64,000 nucleotides of DNA from Lama guanicoe (GCA_013239625.1 MU053557.1:4618123-4682122); one strand, 5' to 3'. Positions 1-14,199 are shown, counted from the stretch's first letter. Notes: generated by a model not told the origin, from the letters alone. Numbers and translations are program-made.

Positions 1-150
1 TTCCTGCGGCGCTCCCCAACCCCACCCCCGGGGCCCAATCCAACCAGGAGCCACAGGGCAAGGTAGGCAATTGATGGGCCCATCAGGGTGAGCCTGACCT
101 GGGACATCGCGGGGTCGAGAAGGAGCAGAGTGGCCCTCAGGAGGCGAGGG
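1..150. promoter_or_regulatory. GC/CpG-rich edge, probably the tail of the ABLIM3 5' CpG island just upstream of the window
   Basis: Several CpGs and high GC in the first ~150 bp against a CpG-poor background. The ATG-bearing exon is not in the window. Confidence 0.35.
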
Positions 151-724
151 ATTTCAGAACTGATGACACCCAGACAGGGAGCATAGTGACCTTCCTCAGC
201 TAATGTCGTTGCCCAGGTCAGGAACTGTATGAATTCCTGAAGAAAAGGATCCATTATAAACACAAACACAGGAGGGTGCCCTCTAAAGCAATTCTCGACT
301 TACAAAACAGATGAAATAGAGATGATTGTATATTTTATAAGGATAGAGACTTTTTTTTTTAATCAGTGCTTACTGGGTGAATGGAGCACTTGTAGACAGA
401 TGACCACTTGAAGCTAAGTGGGGGTTAGAGGAAGAGTGTAAGGAACAATGTTAAAACCACCCAAAATGAGTCTAGCACATCTCTGCAAATCCACAGTGTG
501 ACTTCAGGAGCACTTGCATTGTGTAAAGGAAGCAGTGTCAATTCTGAACTCCAGCTTTCCTATCTGGCAAAAGCTTTATCTGGCTAACATCTGCTGTTTC
601 GAATGGTCAACAACTGGCCGGTACCCAGCATTAGCCAGATACCATTGTAAAGAACAGAAAACAGCCAGAAGTGTTTAAGCACCTCTTACTTGTTGGATAT
701 TTTGCCGGTTAAATCGTTCTTCTG

Positions 725-970
725 CAGTTCTTAAGGGCACAGACTGGAACTAAATAGCTGGGTTCAAATTCCGGCCCCGCCTTTGACTTGCTGTGTGTGC
801 TTGGGCAGGTCACTTATCTTCTCTGCACCACATCTTGAATGATAATCTCAGGAAGTATAACAATAGTGAGTTGTTAAAATGAATAAATAAGTTAATAGTT
901 GTAACCTAAACAAGTGCTTAAGTTGCTTAAAACAGCACCTGGCATATAGCAGATGTTTGTAAAACAATAA
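725..970 (+). mobile_element. MIR SINE remnant
   Basis: ctgggttcaaattccggc...ttgggcaggtcacttatcttctctg...aacagcacctggcatatag, typical MIR core. Confidence 0.7.
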
Positions 971-976
971 AAATAG

Positions 977-1400
977 TGTATATTACTTTGCTGGAGCTGC
1001 CATAATGAAGTATCACAAACCAGGTGGCTTAAATAAGAGAAATGTATTATCTCACAGCTCTGGCGCTTAAACTCCAAAACTAGAGTATCTTCAGCGGGTT
1101 GGTTCCTTCTGAGGCCACAGGGAAAGGATCTGCTCCACCCAGGCCTCTTTCTTGGTTGTGGATGGCCGTCTTCTCCCTGTGTCTCTTCACATCATATTCC
1201 CTCAGTGTGTGTCTGTGTCCAAATCCCCCTTTTGATAAGGACACTGGTCTTTCTAGATTAGGGCCCACCCTAATGACTTCATTTTAACTTGATTACCTCT
1301 TTAAAGACCCTTACTCCAAATACAGTCACATTCTGAGCTACCAGGGTTTAGGATTTCAACATATGAATTTCAGGGAGGGGACCCAATTCCACCCATAACG
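977..1400. mobile_element. MLT1 (MaLR) solo LTR, MLT1A/B-like
   Basis: gctgccataa...ggtggcttaaa...ctcacagctctgg...gggcccaccctaatgac...caacatatgaatt; similar to copies at 15.4 kb and 44.1 kb. Confidence 0.8.
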
Positions 1401-3188
1401 TGGTGTCTGTTAAGTAAATGACTCCTCAAAGAGGAGACTTCCCTGTGGATCAGTTTTCTCTGAGTGTCAGCTACTCCCCAGGGCTAGTGTAGGATGCTGA
1501 TAGCTATCTACCTTGTCTTGATGTTTCATCCCTAATTTTACCACCTCTGACCAGCGGAGATAGAGTCTGTCCACGAGAACTTGAAGGGGACTCTTCATAG
1601 GTAGAAGGTCCCCAGAGAAGAGGACCGCAGTGACTTGGTATTCCACAGTCAGTCTGTCTGCAGAAAACACACTCCCCCCTCACCCCCTATTCTGGTCATT
1701 GTGCACGACTGTAGCGTTTCAGCAGTGCAACGGCATTTACAGCCACAGGATTGTGCTTCTGCCTGCCTAGCTCCTGGGAATGTCCTCCACGGTGGATAAG
1801 AATTGGTTTGTTCATTTGTTCACACAACAAATATTTACTGACCACCAACTGCGCCAGGCATATTGCTGGAAATATAGCAGTAAATATAACAGGCATGGTC
1901 CTTCTCTTCATGGATCATATAGGGGCCAGCTGGTGGCCATCATGATGGAACATGTTTTATTTGCCCTACACCAGGTTTTCAATGAACTTGAATTATTTGC
2001 CAGCATTGGGAAACTGGGAAGTCAAAAGTGGGATTTCTAGCTTCTCTTTTAAAACAACTGAAACATCTTGCATCCCTGCCCCTGTTTTCCTACGTGGCAA
2101 GTCAGTAGGGTTGGCCTGCGTTCAGGGGGGCATGGACTGGTCTCTAGTGAGCTGCAGTTGCCACCACTTCATATTACATTGTGCAAGGACAGCTTAATTT
2201 TATGTTGCCTTGCTGCTATAGGCATTTGCATGTTTAAACCTCTGTCTAGTAGATGACCCATATAACCTCAAACTCAGATGAGGAAACTGCTGCATATCTC
2301 TTCACTATCGTAGGAGAAAGTCCTGTCTGGAGTTAGCAACTGATTAACACTGCTGTGCTATAAAGTCCTAAAGTGAGCAGAATCCTGTTTCATGTCCTAT
2401 GTCCCCAGCTGACCCATCCCCAGAGGATGATGTCATATCCTGTTGGATACAGTCGGGCAAACAACATCCCACCCCTTCTCCTAGCGGTCAGTTTCATTTC
2501 CAGGAGAACCTGGGAGTAGGGGGCGGGACACGGACCAAAGGAGGGCAGTTCTGGGTAACTGATCCCAGCCCTGGGTACCTTTTCTAGCCCAAAGGAAGGT
2601 GGGGGGCTGGACTGTTCAGATATTGTTGTGACATATGGGACATGCTGATCCAGTGGAGGACATCTCAGACTTGAGCTCCATATCAGTAAGGTCAGTTTAT
2701 ATCCCCACCCAGCTAAGGGGTGATTACTGAGCCAGGTATGGCTACTCGAGACTTCTCCTCTGTTATTATGGGGGTCTCCTGCTTGAGAAAGAAAGGCGAG
2801 AAATTGGATAAGGCTAACATAATTTCTTCAGTTGAGAGCACTTTTTTCTTCATTCCTCTGGAAGAAATAAGGGTAGCAAAGAGTTCATAGAAAACAAAGC
2901 GTAGTGCCCAGCACATTGTAGGTACTCAAAGGATATTTGATGAATTAATTCATTGATGAAAACCCCACACTTTTTTTTTTTAATGTAGATCTCTCTACTA
3001 AGTTCTAGTTTCATCTTTATGGCCATCTGCTAAGTTGCCCACCTGAATATTCCAAGGCACTTCAAATTCAAACTGAAATGTAATAAACTTATTCTTTTTA
3101 AAAGAAAAAAAAACCTCCTTCTACTCTGTTGATTGCTAGAACCTCTATCTATCCATTCACGTTAAGTTAGTAATCGGAAAGTGGTCCT

Positions 3189-3341
3189 GGGCTAGGGAAA
3201 TAGCTCAGGGGTAGAGCACATGCTTAGCATGCATGAGGTCCTGGGTTCAATCCCCAGTGCCTCCGTTAAATAAATAAATAATCTAGCTACCTCCCTCCTA
3301 AAAAAAAAAAATTTAATTTAAAAGTTTTTAAAGGAAAAAAA
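3189..3341 (+). mobile_element. tRNA-derived SINE (camelid-type) with TSD
   Basis: A box tagctcaggggtaga, B box ggttcaatccc, A-rich tail. TSD gaaagtggtcct (3177-3188) / gaaagtcgtcct (3342-3353). Confidence 0.9.
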
Positions 3342-6244
3342 GAAAGTCGTCCTCATCCACATTTCTCTTTCCTTCGCTCTCCTGTGTTCAGTCTGTGTCT
3401 CTGCCGGGTCATTCCTACCTCCAACATGTGACCAGAACTCTTGACCTCCTCAGCTGCCATCACTCTCCAGTGTCTGTGGCACCAGCTGTGACAGCCGTTG
3501 GGGTGGAAGGCTGAGGGAGGGATGAGTTGATCTCAAGTTCAGTGGAAGGCAGCGGAGCCAGGCAGGCTGCACAGGCGGGAGGCAGTCCCAGCGCTGCCCT
3601 GTGCCACTCTGCCTGGGCTGCCTTGGAGCCTTGTGTTCAGGGTGGAGCACGCCCAGGAATGGAAGGACTTGGAACGTGCTGGGCAGAGGGCCTTGAAGGA
3701 GCAGAAGGGAGATGCCAGAGTCAGCCCCACAAGTTGGTTTTATGTCCCCCCGAGGGTATGGATGGTTCCTTGACAATTTCACACAATGCCCCTGAGTGCA
3801 CCCTGCAACCTGGAAGTCTCTAGCCCCTTTTCCGAGTGCATCACCAGCCAGACAAGAGGTCCAGACAGGCTCCACGTTGCTGTCCTCTTGCTCCCCATGC
3901 TGTGGTTACTGCTGTGTGCTCGTGCCACAGCCCCACCCCATCTCTTGGCAGAATTCTACTCTCTACTGCCTCTATCATTTCAAAAGCTTTTCCCTCACAT
4001 CTGCTTGATTTTGTGCAGAGCGTAGGTCTTTCTCCGTGGGCTGTTATCTCTTGCCCTCACCAGCACCAGCAGGGCCAATGAAACAACTGCCTTGCAATAG
4101 TCTAATGACACAGTTGATCTATTTTAAGCACCTGAAGCACACTCCACCAAGTGCCAATCTTCCCGCAGCAAGCTGCTCTCAGCATGCAGGGGCAGGGCCA
4201 GCCCGAGGTCTGTTCCTGCTTTTTGAAAGCCCAGGGATCCGGACCCTGCCCATCCAAGGACAATCTAAGGCAACTGTAAAATTAGATATTTCCACAGTCA
4301 GCATGAGTTGTTCTGCAAGGAGAATTGCCTGGGATGCCAGGATTATAGGGCGCAGGAACCTCAAGTGACCATAAATCCCCCTTTCAAAGGGCAGACACAG
4401 AGCTTGGAACCGTTGTGTGTGGGGAGAAGGGACTTGGGAGGCAGCATTTCAGGAACAAAGAGAAACCTAAACCCCAGCAGAGATGCCTTAGCCTCAGACC
4501 AACTTTTTCTCCTTCTCTTAATCAAGAGACATTCTTTTCCAATTATAGCCTATCTGAGTGCGACTGTTTACATGTATTATTTATTTAATCCTGGCAACAA
4601 TCCTACATGCGCCCTCCCTGCTCTGTGTCTAAGGACAGTCTTCCCCGTATGATGTTGGCTCTCATCATCCTTCCCAGAACTCGCCACAGCCGGTGACTGT
4701 TTTATCCATTAGTGTGTTTTCCTCATTTGTGCCTCTATCCCCTTTTGGATCGTAAGCCACATGATGGCTCTGTGACAGGCCTGTTTTGTTCACTGCTGAG
4801 TCCTCCAAACTCATTAGGCTGCTTGGCACAAAGTGATGACCGCTAATGACAGTCCATGTTCATTAAGGACTTGCTCTGTGCCGGGCACGGTGCTAAGCTC
4901 TTCACAGGCATAAGGGCACTGGACCCTTCTGGAAGTCCCATGAAGTAGATGCTAATAATATCCTCATTTTACAGAGGAGCAAACTGAGGCTCAGAAAAGA
5001 GGTCGCTGGCCCTGAATCTCTTATTTAATAAGTAATGACGTCTTGAATGAGTATGTGCACGAATGAATTTAATACAGAGTATTTAATACTCCCATTTTGC
5101 TTAAAAGAGAAATGAGGTTCAAGGGTACAGTGTCCTGGCCTCGGTCACACGAGCTGGGAGGCGGTGGGGCAGGTATCTGAAACACGGTGAGCCAACTCCG
5201 AGCTTCTTTTCCCTCCTTGCTGCTTCCTCCTTTTTACTGTCTTTCCCCATTTTGCTGTGATGAGAGTCACCGGTGAGAGAGGGAAGTGTGGGTTGGGGTG
5301 GCTGATCTTATCGTCTCCTGTTGGATGTCCCAGCACTGCTCTCCCGTTCACTGGGGCAGTGACACAAATCCCTGCTCCGTGCATGGCCATGTGCCAGGCA
5401 CTGTGGGATCAGAGATACACAGGACAGAGAGTGTGACCTCAGGTTGCCTCCTTCCAGCATCTCCCGGGGGGTGGACACATGCGTGACTGAAATACAAGGA
5501 GACCATCATGGGTATTGAGACAGAAGGAAGGAATGAAGAGGGAGACAGGCCAAATTCCTCTGGAAGACCTGGAGAATACTTCGCGGGGAAGGTAGCGCTC
5601 AATCTGCACTCTGAGAGGTAGCATTGAAGGGGGAAAATGGTGTTCCAGGTAGGTTTATCCATTCATTCTCCCACAGAAGCATTCCACAGTCCCTTGTTGC
5701 ACAACTTCTGTGTCCCCGGCCTGTGGCTCAGGGGGGAGGAGGTGCAAAGTAAACAGATACAGAGAGTTTCGGGAAATGTCAGGAAGCCCGGTTGCCTGTA
5801 CCCTGTGGAGCACGAGGAGGTGGACAGTGAGGAAATAAGGCTGGGGAGCTGGTGAGGAGCAGATCTGCGAGTCTTATGTGCCAGGCTGGAGTGTATTTGT
5901 TACAGTCCCCGGCCAGTGAGGAGCCATGAGAGGTTTGGAGCCCAGCAGTGACCCCAGCAGAGCTGTGCATTATTTAGGAAGATCTCCCCGGCAACACGCA
6001 CCTGACGGCTGGGAGAGCCCAGAGGCAGCGAGAAGCAGGCTAAGCGCAGTAGAGCAGGTGTGAGTGGATGAGGGGAGGCTTGCGGAGCAGAGAGGATGAG
6101 CTGGCAGTGCTTCCGCAGCCCCGCCGTGCCTTCCTGTCACCGTTACTGCTCTTGGGCCCACAAGCGGACCTGTTATCTGATTCTGATTTCTGGGACTGGG
6201 CGAACTGATACTTTGAAAACTAGGTTACCAAATCGAGGTGCCTT

Positions 6245-6445
6245 AGATAGTGCGTTTGATAAGCACTTAAGCTACGGAGTCAGACTGCCTGGGTTCAAAT
6301 TCCAGCTCAGCCACTGACTAGCTGTGCAGCCTTGGGTGACTTGCTTTACCCTCCAAAGCTTCAGCTTCCTCTCAAGATGGAAATAAAAGGGCGAGGGAAT
6401 GGCTGCAGGTGCTTAGCACACACTCAGTAATGATTGGTAGCAGAA
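6245..6445 (+). mobile_element. MIR SINE remnant
   Basis: ggagtcagactgcctgggttcaaattccagctc...ctagctgtg...cttggg...gtgcttagcaca. Confidence 0.7.
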
Positions 6446-6745
6446 GTAATGAAATACACTTGAATGTACTGGGAAAACCCCCTTTAAATATACAAATTAA
6501 TCAGCACGTGGTAGGATTAGGACCGGTCACCTCTTGGTCATTGCGTTGGGAAAGGGGAACAGAGGTGTATATTGATACCCTAAGACTTCTGTTCAGCCAA
6601 CATTTAAGGAGTGCTTTTTTTTTTATATGTCAGACTGTATTCTAAACTTCCCATGAATTGTCTCTTTTTATCCAGGTGTGAATCAGAAGTGAAATTAATG
6701 TTGTAGAGAACAGTCCTAATTGAATAGGGAGCATGTCATAGTAGA

Positions 6746-6945
6746 CCGGCAGTTAGCACACTTTTTCTGTAAAGGACCAGGAAGTAAGTATTTTGGGCTC
6801 TGTCGTGTTACAGTCTCTGGGTTGTGAAGGCAGCCCGTGACGATGTGTGGTCGAGCGGATGAGGCAGCAGTGCAATCAGAATTTATTTACAAAAATAAAG
6901 TGGGAGGGGGACTTAACCTGTGGGCCTGAGTTTGCTGCCCTTTGT
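6746..6945. mobile_element. MER58A-like hAT DNA transposon
   Basis: gttagcacactttttctgtaaaggaccag...atttatttacaaaa...gggcctgagtttgctg; similar to the copy at 18.4 kb. Confidence 0.65.
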
Positions 6946-7477
6946 GCCAGACGACCTCTGAGCCCTCTTCCAGCGTTGACATTCCAGTCCGAAATGATGG
7001 CACAGAAATACCTAGTCCTTGTTACTCAGTTCGTGTTTGTAACTGTAAGGGGAGTTTACTTCAAATATGATGAAGATTACTCTGGAAAGATGGGCCTGAA
7101 AAGGACTGAAGAAGGCTGTCTCCGTTCTCTGTGTGCCTTTACCTTCGGCACGGCCCTTGATTCACGCCCTGGTATTCCATGACTCCTCTCCCGTGGCCAC
7201 TGGGTACCGGGCTGCACAGGCTACCCTGGGATCTGTTGAGTAGACAGCTCTTGACACTCAGGCCATGGACTCTCCACTTGGGAAGAGACATGCCAGGCAA
7301 TATTCCCGGCCAGGGCTTCACTGTCCAGAGAAAAATCTCCTTCTAATTTGCTCCCCATTAACATTTCCTACTCCAAGCCCACATTCCCTTGTAATGAAAT
7401 ACAGTAGCCCATTGTCCAGCATGTTTCATCATCCTTCCTTCTGTTTCTTGGCAAAAGAAACTTCCCCCCAATTCCAT

Positions 7478-7924
7478 GTAGTACTAATGAGCTGTCAGTT
7501 ATGGTGTTCTGCACCGCCTCCAGGGTTTGGCATATGACCTAGACTAGCCAATCAGAGCATCTCATCTACCTGTTCCCCAAGGATTTGTTCACCAGTGGAC
7601 ATTAGACCCCAGAGAGGCCAACCAAAGTATTCCCTGGGATTGGGTAGGGAGATACTGGGATGGAGTATTCATTCCACTGGGGTTGCTGAGCTGAGGACAT
7701 GAGACTTTGGGGATACCAGTGGCCAGTCCTGTGCAACACATGGGAAGAGGCTATCTGTAAAATAGAAAAAGTTATGGCTCTGACCATAGTGTAAAGCTCC
7801 TGAGAACAGCCAGATCTGAAGCCAGAGGTGGCCCACTCCACCCCATCCTTAGACCTCCCAGTTGTAGGAACCAAGAAATTCCCTTTCCACTTAAACTAGT
7901 TTCAGCTGGCTTCTATAAATTACA
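7478..7924. mobile_element. Old MLT1 LTR remnant
   Basis: tgtagt...gccaatcagagcat...gaaattccctttccacttaaactagtttcagctgg...ttaca, typical of old MaLR LTRs. Confidence 0.55.
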
Positions 7925-8349
7925 GTGGAAAGGATCCTAAGGCACTAGCTGCTGCTGTTATTTTACCCTTTCTCCCATTGGCAATTCCCTCATATAATTA
8001 CTCCCATTTATCAAAATCCTGGCCATCTTTAGGCCAAGAACTTCCTGTCATCCACTCCTGCAGTGATTTTATTCCCTCTTCGGAAGTCCCTGGTCCTTGT
8101 TTTAGAACATTCTTATGGTTATGAGTCATTTGTTGTAACTCAACCTGGTTTATTCATGTGCATTTCCTACAGCCCTCTTAGATTATAAGCTCCTTGAGGA
8201 CAGAAGCCGTGCATTGGTAGGGAATAGTGCATTAGCTTTACAACTGTAAGGAACAGATCACCGGGGAGCCAGAGCATTACTGCTGGAGCTTATAAATCCA
8301 TGTGTGCACCAAGCCTCATATGTGTAATTTTCTGTCAAATGCACGTATT

Positions 8350-9457
8350 TAAGAAAAATCAACGTGGCAAAATAATTATGACTTGAAGATAATACTGACA
8401 TAGTGAGGCTAACAGATACTTTCAGCAATAGAAAGGAGTCCTCAAGTGATCTGAATGTGGTTACATGGATGTAAACGTGTAAAATTCTTGAGCTTTACAC
8501 GTAAGATTTGTACACTTGACTCTATGCAGGTTATGCCACAATAAAAAGTAAAAAATAAAAATGAAGGAGTCCTTATACTTTATAAGCCTGTGCATTCCTA
8601 GTCAACACACAAGAATTAATTTGTGATAGATCATAGACCTTAATAAACTAAAAGCTAAAACTATAAATCTTCTAAAAGAGAATATAGGAGAATATCTTGT
8701 GACCTTGAGGTAGGCAGTGACTTCTTACAACACTTGAAAGCAGCAAAACAGGGCAAGACACTTCACAGAGCAACAGATATGTGCTCAGCATCGTTAGTCA
8801 TCAGAGAAATGTAAATTAGAACCACCTCTTTACACCCACCAAAATGGCTTAAATTCCTTATACATTGTTGGTGGGAACATAAAATGGTACAACAACTTTG
8901 GAAAACTGTAGGCAGTTTCATAGAAACACACACTTAATTATGATCCAGCAACTCCATCCCTGGGTATTTACCCGTGAGAGATGAAAACATAAATCTTCAA
9001 AAAGAATTGGGCAAAGATGTTCCTGGCAGCTGAATTCATAATATCCCAAATCTGGAAACAACTCAAATGTTGGACAAGTGGATAAGCAAATTGTGTTACA
9101 TTTCCACAATGGAATACTACTCAGCAAAAAAAAGAAAAAAAGGACCAACAATTGATACATGCAACAGTGAATCTCAAAAGCATGCTGAGTAAAAGAAGCC
9201 AGACAGAAAGAGCACATACTGTATGATTCTGTCATACGAAGTTAAAGAATAGGCAAAGCTAACCTATGTGGATGGAAATCATAACAGAGTTTGCCTCTAG
9301 TTGTGGGGAGGAGTGATTGATTGTAAGTGGTGACAGCAGATTATCTCCGTGTTATGGAAATGTTCCCTGTTTTGATTGAGATGTTGTTTACATGGGTTTG
9401 TTTGTCAAAGCTTTTCATATTTTAAGATCTGTATATTGCATTATTTGTAAAGTATAC

Positions 9458-9460
<3 letters not shown>
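8350..9460 (+). mobile_element. Ancient L1M fragments (ORF2 end and 3' UTR)
   Basis: Degenerate L1 motifs: aaaactataaatcttctaaaagagaatatagg, tgatccagcaactccatccctgggtatttacc, caatggaatactactcagcaa. Confidence 0.75.

Positions 9461-9500
<40 letters not shown>
9461..9500. repeat. (TG)n microsatellite
   Basis: About 17 perfect TG units followed by an interrupted tail. Confidence 0.95.
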
Positions 9501-9503
<3 letters not shown>

Positions 9504-9655
9504 ATAAAATGAAAACTTTTAAAAAGTTCCTAGGCTTAGAAATAGAAGAACTGACTCCAAATCTTAGCTCTCTTACTAATTCTATGACATCTGCTAATAC
9601 CCTCATTAGTTCAGTGGATATATCAGCTTTGCTTACCTCAAAGGGCTACTTCAAC

Positions 9656-9994
9656 CATATGAGATCGCTCATATGTGGAATCTAAAAACAAACAAACAAA
9701 GCATAAATACAAAACAGAAATAGACTCACAGACATAGAATATAAACTTGTGGTTGCCAAGGAGGTGGGGGGTGGGAAGAGATAGACTTGAATTTCAAAAC
9801 TGTAGAATAGGTAAACAAGATTATACTGTATAGCACGGGGAAGTATATTCAAGATCTTATGGTAGCTCACAGAGAAAGGAATGTGACAATGAATATATAC
9901 ATGTTCATCTATAACTGAGAAATTGTGCTGTACACTGGAATTTGACACAACATTGTAAAATGATTATAAATCAATAAAAAAATGTTATAAAAAA
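9656..9994 (+). mobile_element. Short 5'-truncated young L1 (last ORF2 codons, 3' UTR, polyA) with TSD
   Basis: Encodes HMRSLICGI*. Near reverse-complement of 32464-32820. AATAAA at 9973-9978. TSD gggctacttcaac at 9643-9655 and 9999-10011. Confidence 0.92.
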
Positions 9995-12480
9995 GGGGGG
10001 GCTACTTCAACTATTATAACACCTGGAAAAGTGCTTGGTGAACTTTCAAGCATTATACATATCAAGACCCTCCTCTCCAGGTCTCTTCCTGGCCCTGATG
10101 TTCCAGTGTTGTGATTATCTATTCATTTAATTGCTTACTAGATATATTTCCCATGGAACTGTAAACTCCCAAAGGAGAGGAAACATGCTTGTTTTATTCA
10201 CCAGCATGTCCCCAGTCTTTGGCACATAGAAATTGCCCAGTAAAGATTGCCCAATAAATAACTACACCTACGAAGATGGCATTAGCATTAGCAACTGAAC
10301 TTTGTAGTCTTTGCTGACTCGGGACTTTCTGCTTGGAGCCAGGTCTTCCCTGGGGCTCAGTGGGTGCCAGGAAATGACACTAGGATAATGCTAGTATCAA
10401 TGTAGTGTGCTCACTCAGGAGAAGCTTAGGGATTCCAGGAAACCTTAGGATGTCTTGTCTTTAGGAAGGCTGGGTCTGTATTTATGGGTATTGTATTTTG
10501 GGTCTGCTTTGTGTTCCCTCCATTGGGCTGTAACCCAGGGGTTCTGCATGTATCTCCAGGTTGAGAAGACTCTGAAGCACAAGCAGGCTAACTATGTAAC
10601 ACGCCAGAACTGTCCTCCATCTCCAGGGCCCTCTGCATCCCACACCTAGCACAGAGCCCAAGAGCAGGTGGGATGAGTGCCTGGGTCCACATTCATCCTC
10701 TTATTCAGCACTTTTCAGACCTCTTTCCCATCATGTGGCCTTTTAGCCATAATCCCTTCCCTCTTTCTCTCTCTAATAATCAAACCTCCTTCTCTTTTGG
10801 GTTTTCTGGGTTTGAATGCCATTGTCCTCACAGAGGCTCTTTCTCTCTTTGGAGTCAGCCCTGAGCCCAGGGCACCTGGTCCTCTCCCCTGGCTGATGTG
10901 CGCACAGGAGCTCTCTGAAACCCTCTGTTTTACCACTGGAATGTGTTTGCTGACCTGCATTATTTTGGCTCCTGTGACATCAGTGTTATGGGGAAATGCT
11001 CATTAGCCAGTAGCAAAGTCCACACGAGGGTATGAACTTAGAGAATGCTCTGGTGAAAATCGAAGGGGCTGAGAAATAGGGGAGAAGTCTAGCCTTCCTC
11101 CCACCCACTTCCTCCATAGCCAGAATTCTGCTTTCTCTCTGCCTTGCTGTGTCCCTTGAAATCTCTACTCGTTTCAACAGATAATGTCAATAAGCCTTTT
11201 ATGTGAGTGGGATTTGGGGCTTCTCTGTTTCTCATCTGAGAAATCTGTCCTGTGCCAATGAGTTTGGGCTCTGGCCCACATGTTAATTATTGTACCAGGG
11301 TTCCTGGAGTTGACTGGGGACAGAATGCCTCTTTGGCTAGTAAAGAGGTTATTCCAGTAGATGTTTCTGAGGCATTAATGTAGCTTAGAGAGGCTGAGAG
11401 AGTGAAAATGCATGTATGCTTCATTGATATTTGTTCCCTCTTGTCTGAGCTCCACACTTAACTGGGGTTTGAGAATCAAACCTTAGTGAATCTCTGGGGA
11501 TTTCTTAAACTTATATTGGCAATAATCATTTTTCCTGACATTAGTTTCAAGAAATAAAAAAAAAACAATATTTTAGGAGGCAGAAGGTGGAACAGGAGTC
11601 TAGTGGTGTGCGTGTGTGTGTGCGCACAAGTGTAGAAAAGGAAGCTTGCTGAGCTGGGACCTGGAAGGCCTGTGTTGGCGTCTGGACACATTTTAATTCC
11701 CCGAGCCTCAGTTTGCTCATCTACAAAACAGATGGAGTGATCTTGCTTCATCTGACGTGTTTGGTAACAATCAAAAAAGGCAGTGAATGAGAAAACCTTT
11801 GAGTTAGCCTCTGTTTTCCTAGTTATTAGACACCTTCTTCCCTTGGCTTTTCTTTGAAAGGGAAGCTAGCAAAGATTTGAATTGTTTTTTTTTAAATTAC
11901 TTTTGGTTGTTGGCTGTGTTTCTTTTAATCATTAAAATTTTACACAATTCTGCACAGAAGCTGAGCACAAGGCAAATCCAGCTTTATTTGGGTTACAGGT
12001 AAATAGGGCAAGGTGAAAAGAGTCTGTTCATTGTGGGTATAGTGTCCTTATATACAACTGTCCTTGTTTCAAATATTTCTTCCCATTGTTAGGCCATGCG
12101 TCTAGCCATCCGTTTCAGCATCTCATTCAGAAAGCATAGTCTCTATAATTAAATGATGATAAAAAGAGACACAGGACAGTGACCAGAGGAGAGAAGCTTT
12201 GCTCTTCTCTTTGTGTCTGGAAGGGCGGTGAGCAAGCCAGACCAAAGAGAAAGAACCCTTTCATCATGCCCATCAGAGCAGGTGACTCGTTTTGGCCGAG
12301 AGGCCCAGAATTTCACCCTTCAGCTCCCCTTACAGTTCCCAGATGAATGGGGCCCGTCACCAGGATTCACCCGTGCCTAGTTTAGGAAAGACACCCTGGG
12401 TACATCTCAGTATGCCTCGAGTTTTACTGCTCTCCTCACTCAACACTAAACAGCTCTAGTAGTTTTCAGCTGTTCTTTTT

Positions 12481-14185
12481 CTTTATAACTGAAGTATAGT
12501 CAGTTTACAATGTTGTGTCAGTTTCTGGTGTACAGCAAAATGTTTCAGTCATGCATATACATATATTCCTTTTCATATTCTGTATCATTATAGGTTACTG
12601 TAAGATATTGAATATAGTTCCCTGTGCCATGCAGTAGAAACTTGTTGTTTATCTATTTTATGTATAGTAGTCAGTATCTGCAAATCTTGAACTCCTAATT
12701 TATCCCTTTCCACCCCTTTTCCCTCTTGGTAACCATAAATTTGTTTTCTATATCTGTGAATCTATTTCTATTTTGTAAATAAGTTCACTGTGTCTTTTTT
12801 TTTTTTAGATTCCACATATGAATGATATCATATAGTATTTTTCCTTTTCTTTCTGGCTTACTTGACTTAGAATGACAATCTCCAGGTCCATCCATGTTTC
12901 TACAAATGGCATTATTTTATTCTTTTTTATGACTGAGTAGTATTCCATTGTATAAATATACCACAGCTTCTTTATCCAGTCATCTGTCAATGGACATTTA
13001 GGTTATTTTCTTGTCTTGGCTATTGTAAATGGTGCTGCTATGAACATTGGAATGCATGTATCTTTTCAAATTAGAATTCCCTCTGGATATAAGCCCAGGA
13101 GTGGGATTGCTGGATCATATGATAAGTCTATTTTTAGTTTTTTGAGGAACCTCCATACTTTTTTCCATAATGGCTGCACCAAACTACATTCTCACTAGCT
13201 GTGTAGGAGGGTTCCCTTCTCTCCACACCCCTTCCAGCATTTATTGTTTGTGGACTTCTGAATGATGGCCATTCTGACTGGTGTGAGGTGATACCTCATT
13301 GTAGTTTTGATTTGTATTTCTCTGATAATTAGTGATATTGAGCCACTTTTTCATATGCCTATTGGCTATCTGTATGTCTTTGTTGGAGAATTGCTTGTTT
13401 AGGTCTTCTGACCTTTTTTGAATTGGGTTGTTTGTTCTTTTGTTATTAAGTTGTGTGAGCTGTTTACATATTCTGGAAGTTAAGCCCTTTTCAGTCGCAT
13501 CATTTACAAATATTTTCTCCCATTCCGTAGGTTGTCATTTTGTTTTGCTTATGGTTTCCTTTGCTGTGCAAAAGCTTGTAGGTTTAATTAGGTCTGATTT
13601 GTTTATCTTTGCTTGTATTTCTGTTTGTCTGGGTAGACTGCCCTAGGAGAACATTGCTAAGATTTATGTCAGAGAACGTTTTGCCTATGTCTTCTTCTAG
13701 GAGGTTTATAGTGTCTTGCCTTATGTTTAAGTCTTTAAGCCATTTTGAGTTTATTTTTGTGTATGGTGTGGGGAATGTTCTTACTTCATTGATTTACATG
13801 CTGCTGTCCAGTTTTCCCAACACCACTTGCTGAAGAGACTGTCTTTTCTTTCCTTCTTTTTTTTTCTTTTGCCTCCTCTGTTGAAGATTAATTGACCAAA
13901 AGTCTGTGGGTTTATTTCTGGGCTCTCTATTCTGTTCCATTGGTCCATATGTCTGTTTTTGTGCCAATAACATGCTGTTTTGATTATGGTAGCTCTGTAG
14001 TGTTGTCTGAAGTCTGGGACGGTTATTCCTCCATCTTCATTCTTTTTCTTCAGTATTGCTTTGGCAATTCTGGATCTTTTGTGATTCCATATAAATTTTA
14101 GGATTTTTCTAGTTCTGTGAAAAATGTCCTGGGTAATTTAATAGGGATGGCATTAAACCTGTAAATTGCTTTGGGTACTGTGGCC
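12481..14185 (-). mobile_element. 5'-truncated L1 (degenerate ORF2 C-terminal part and 3' UTR)
   Basis: Minus-strand peptide [15 protein letters not shown]...ICGI; frameshifted. TSD cagctgttcttttt (12467-12480) / caactgttcttttt (14186-14199). Confidence 0.92.
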
Positions 14186-14199
14186 CAACTGTTCTTTTT

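Noticed and set aside
3189..3265. tRNA-like A/B boxes (also at 45044 and 48760)
   Set aside because: SINE heads with tails and TSDs, not tRNA genes.
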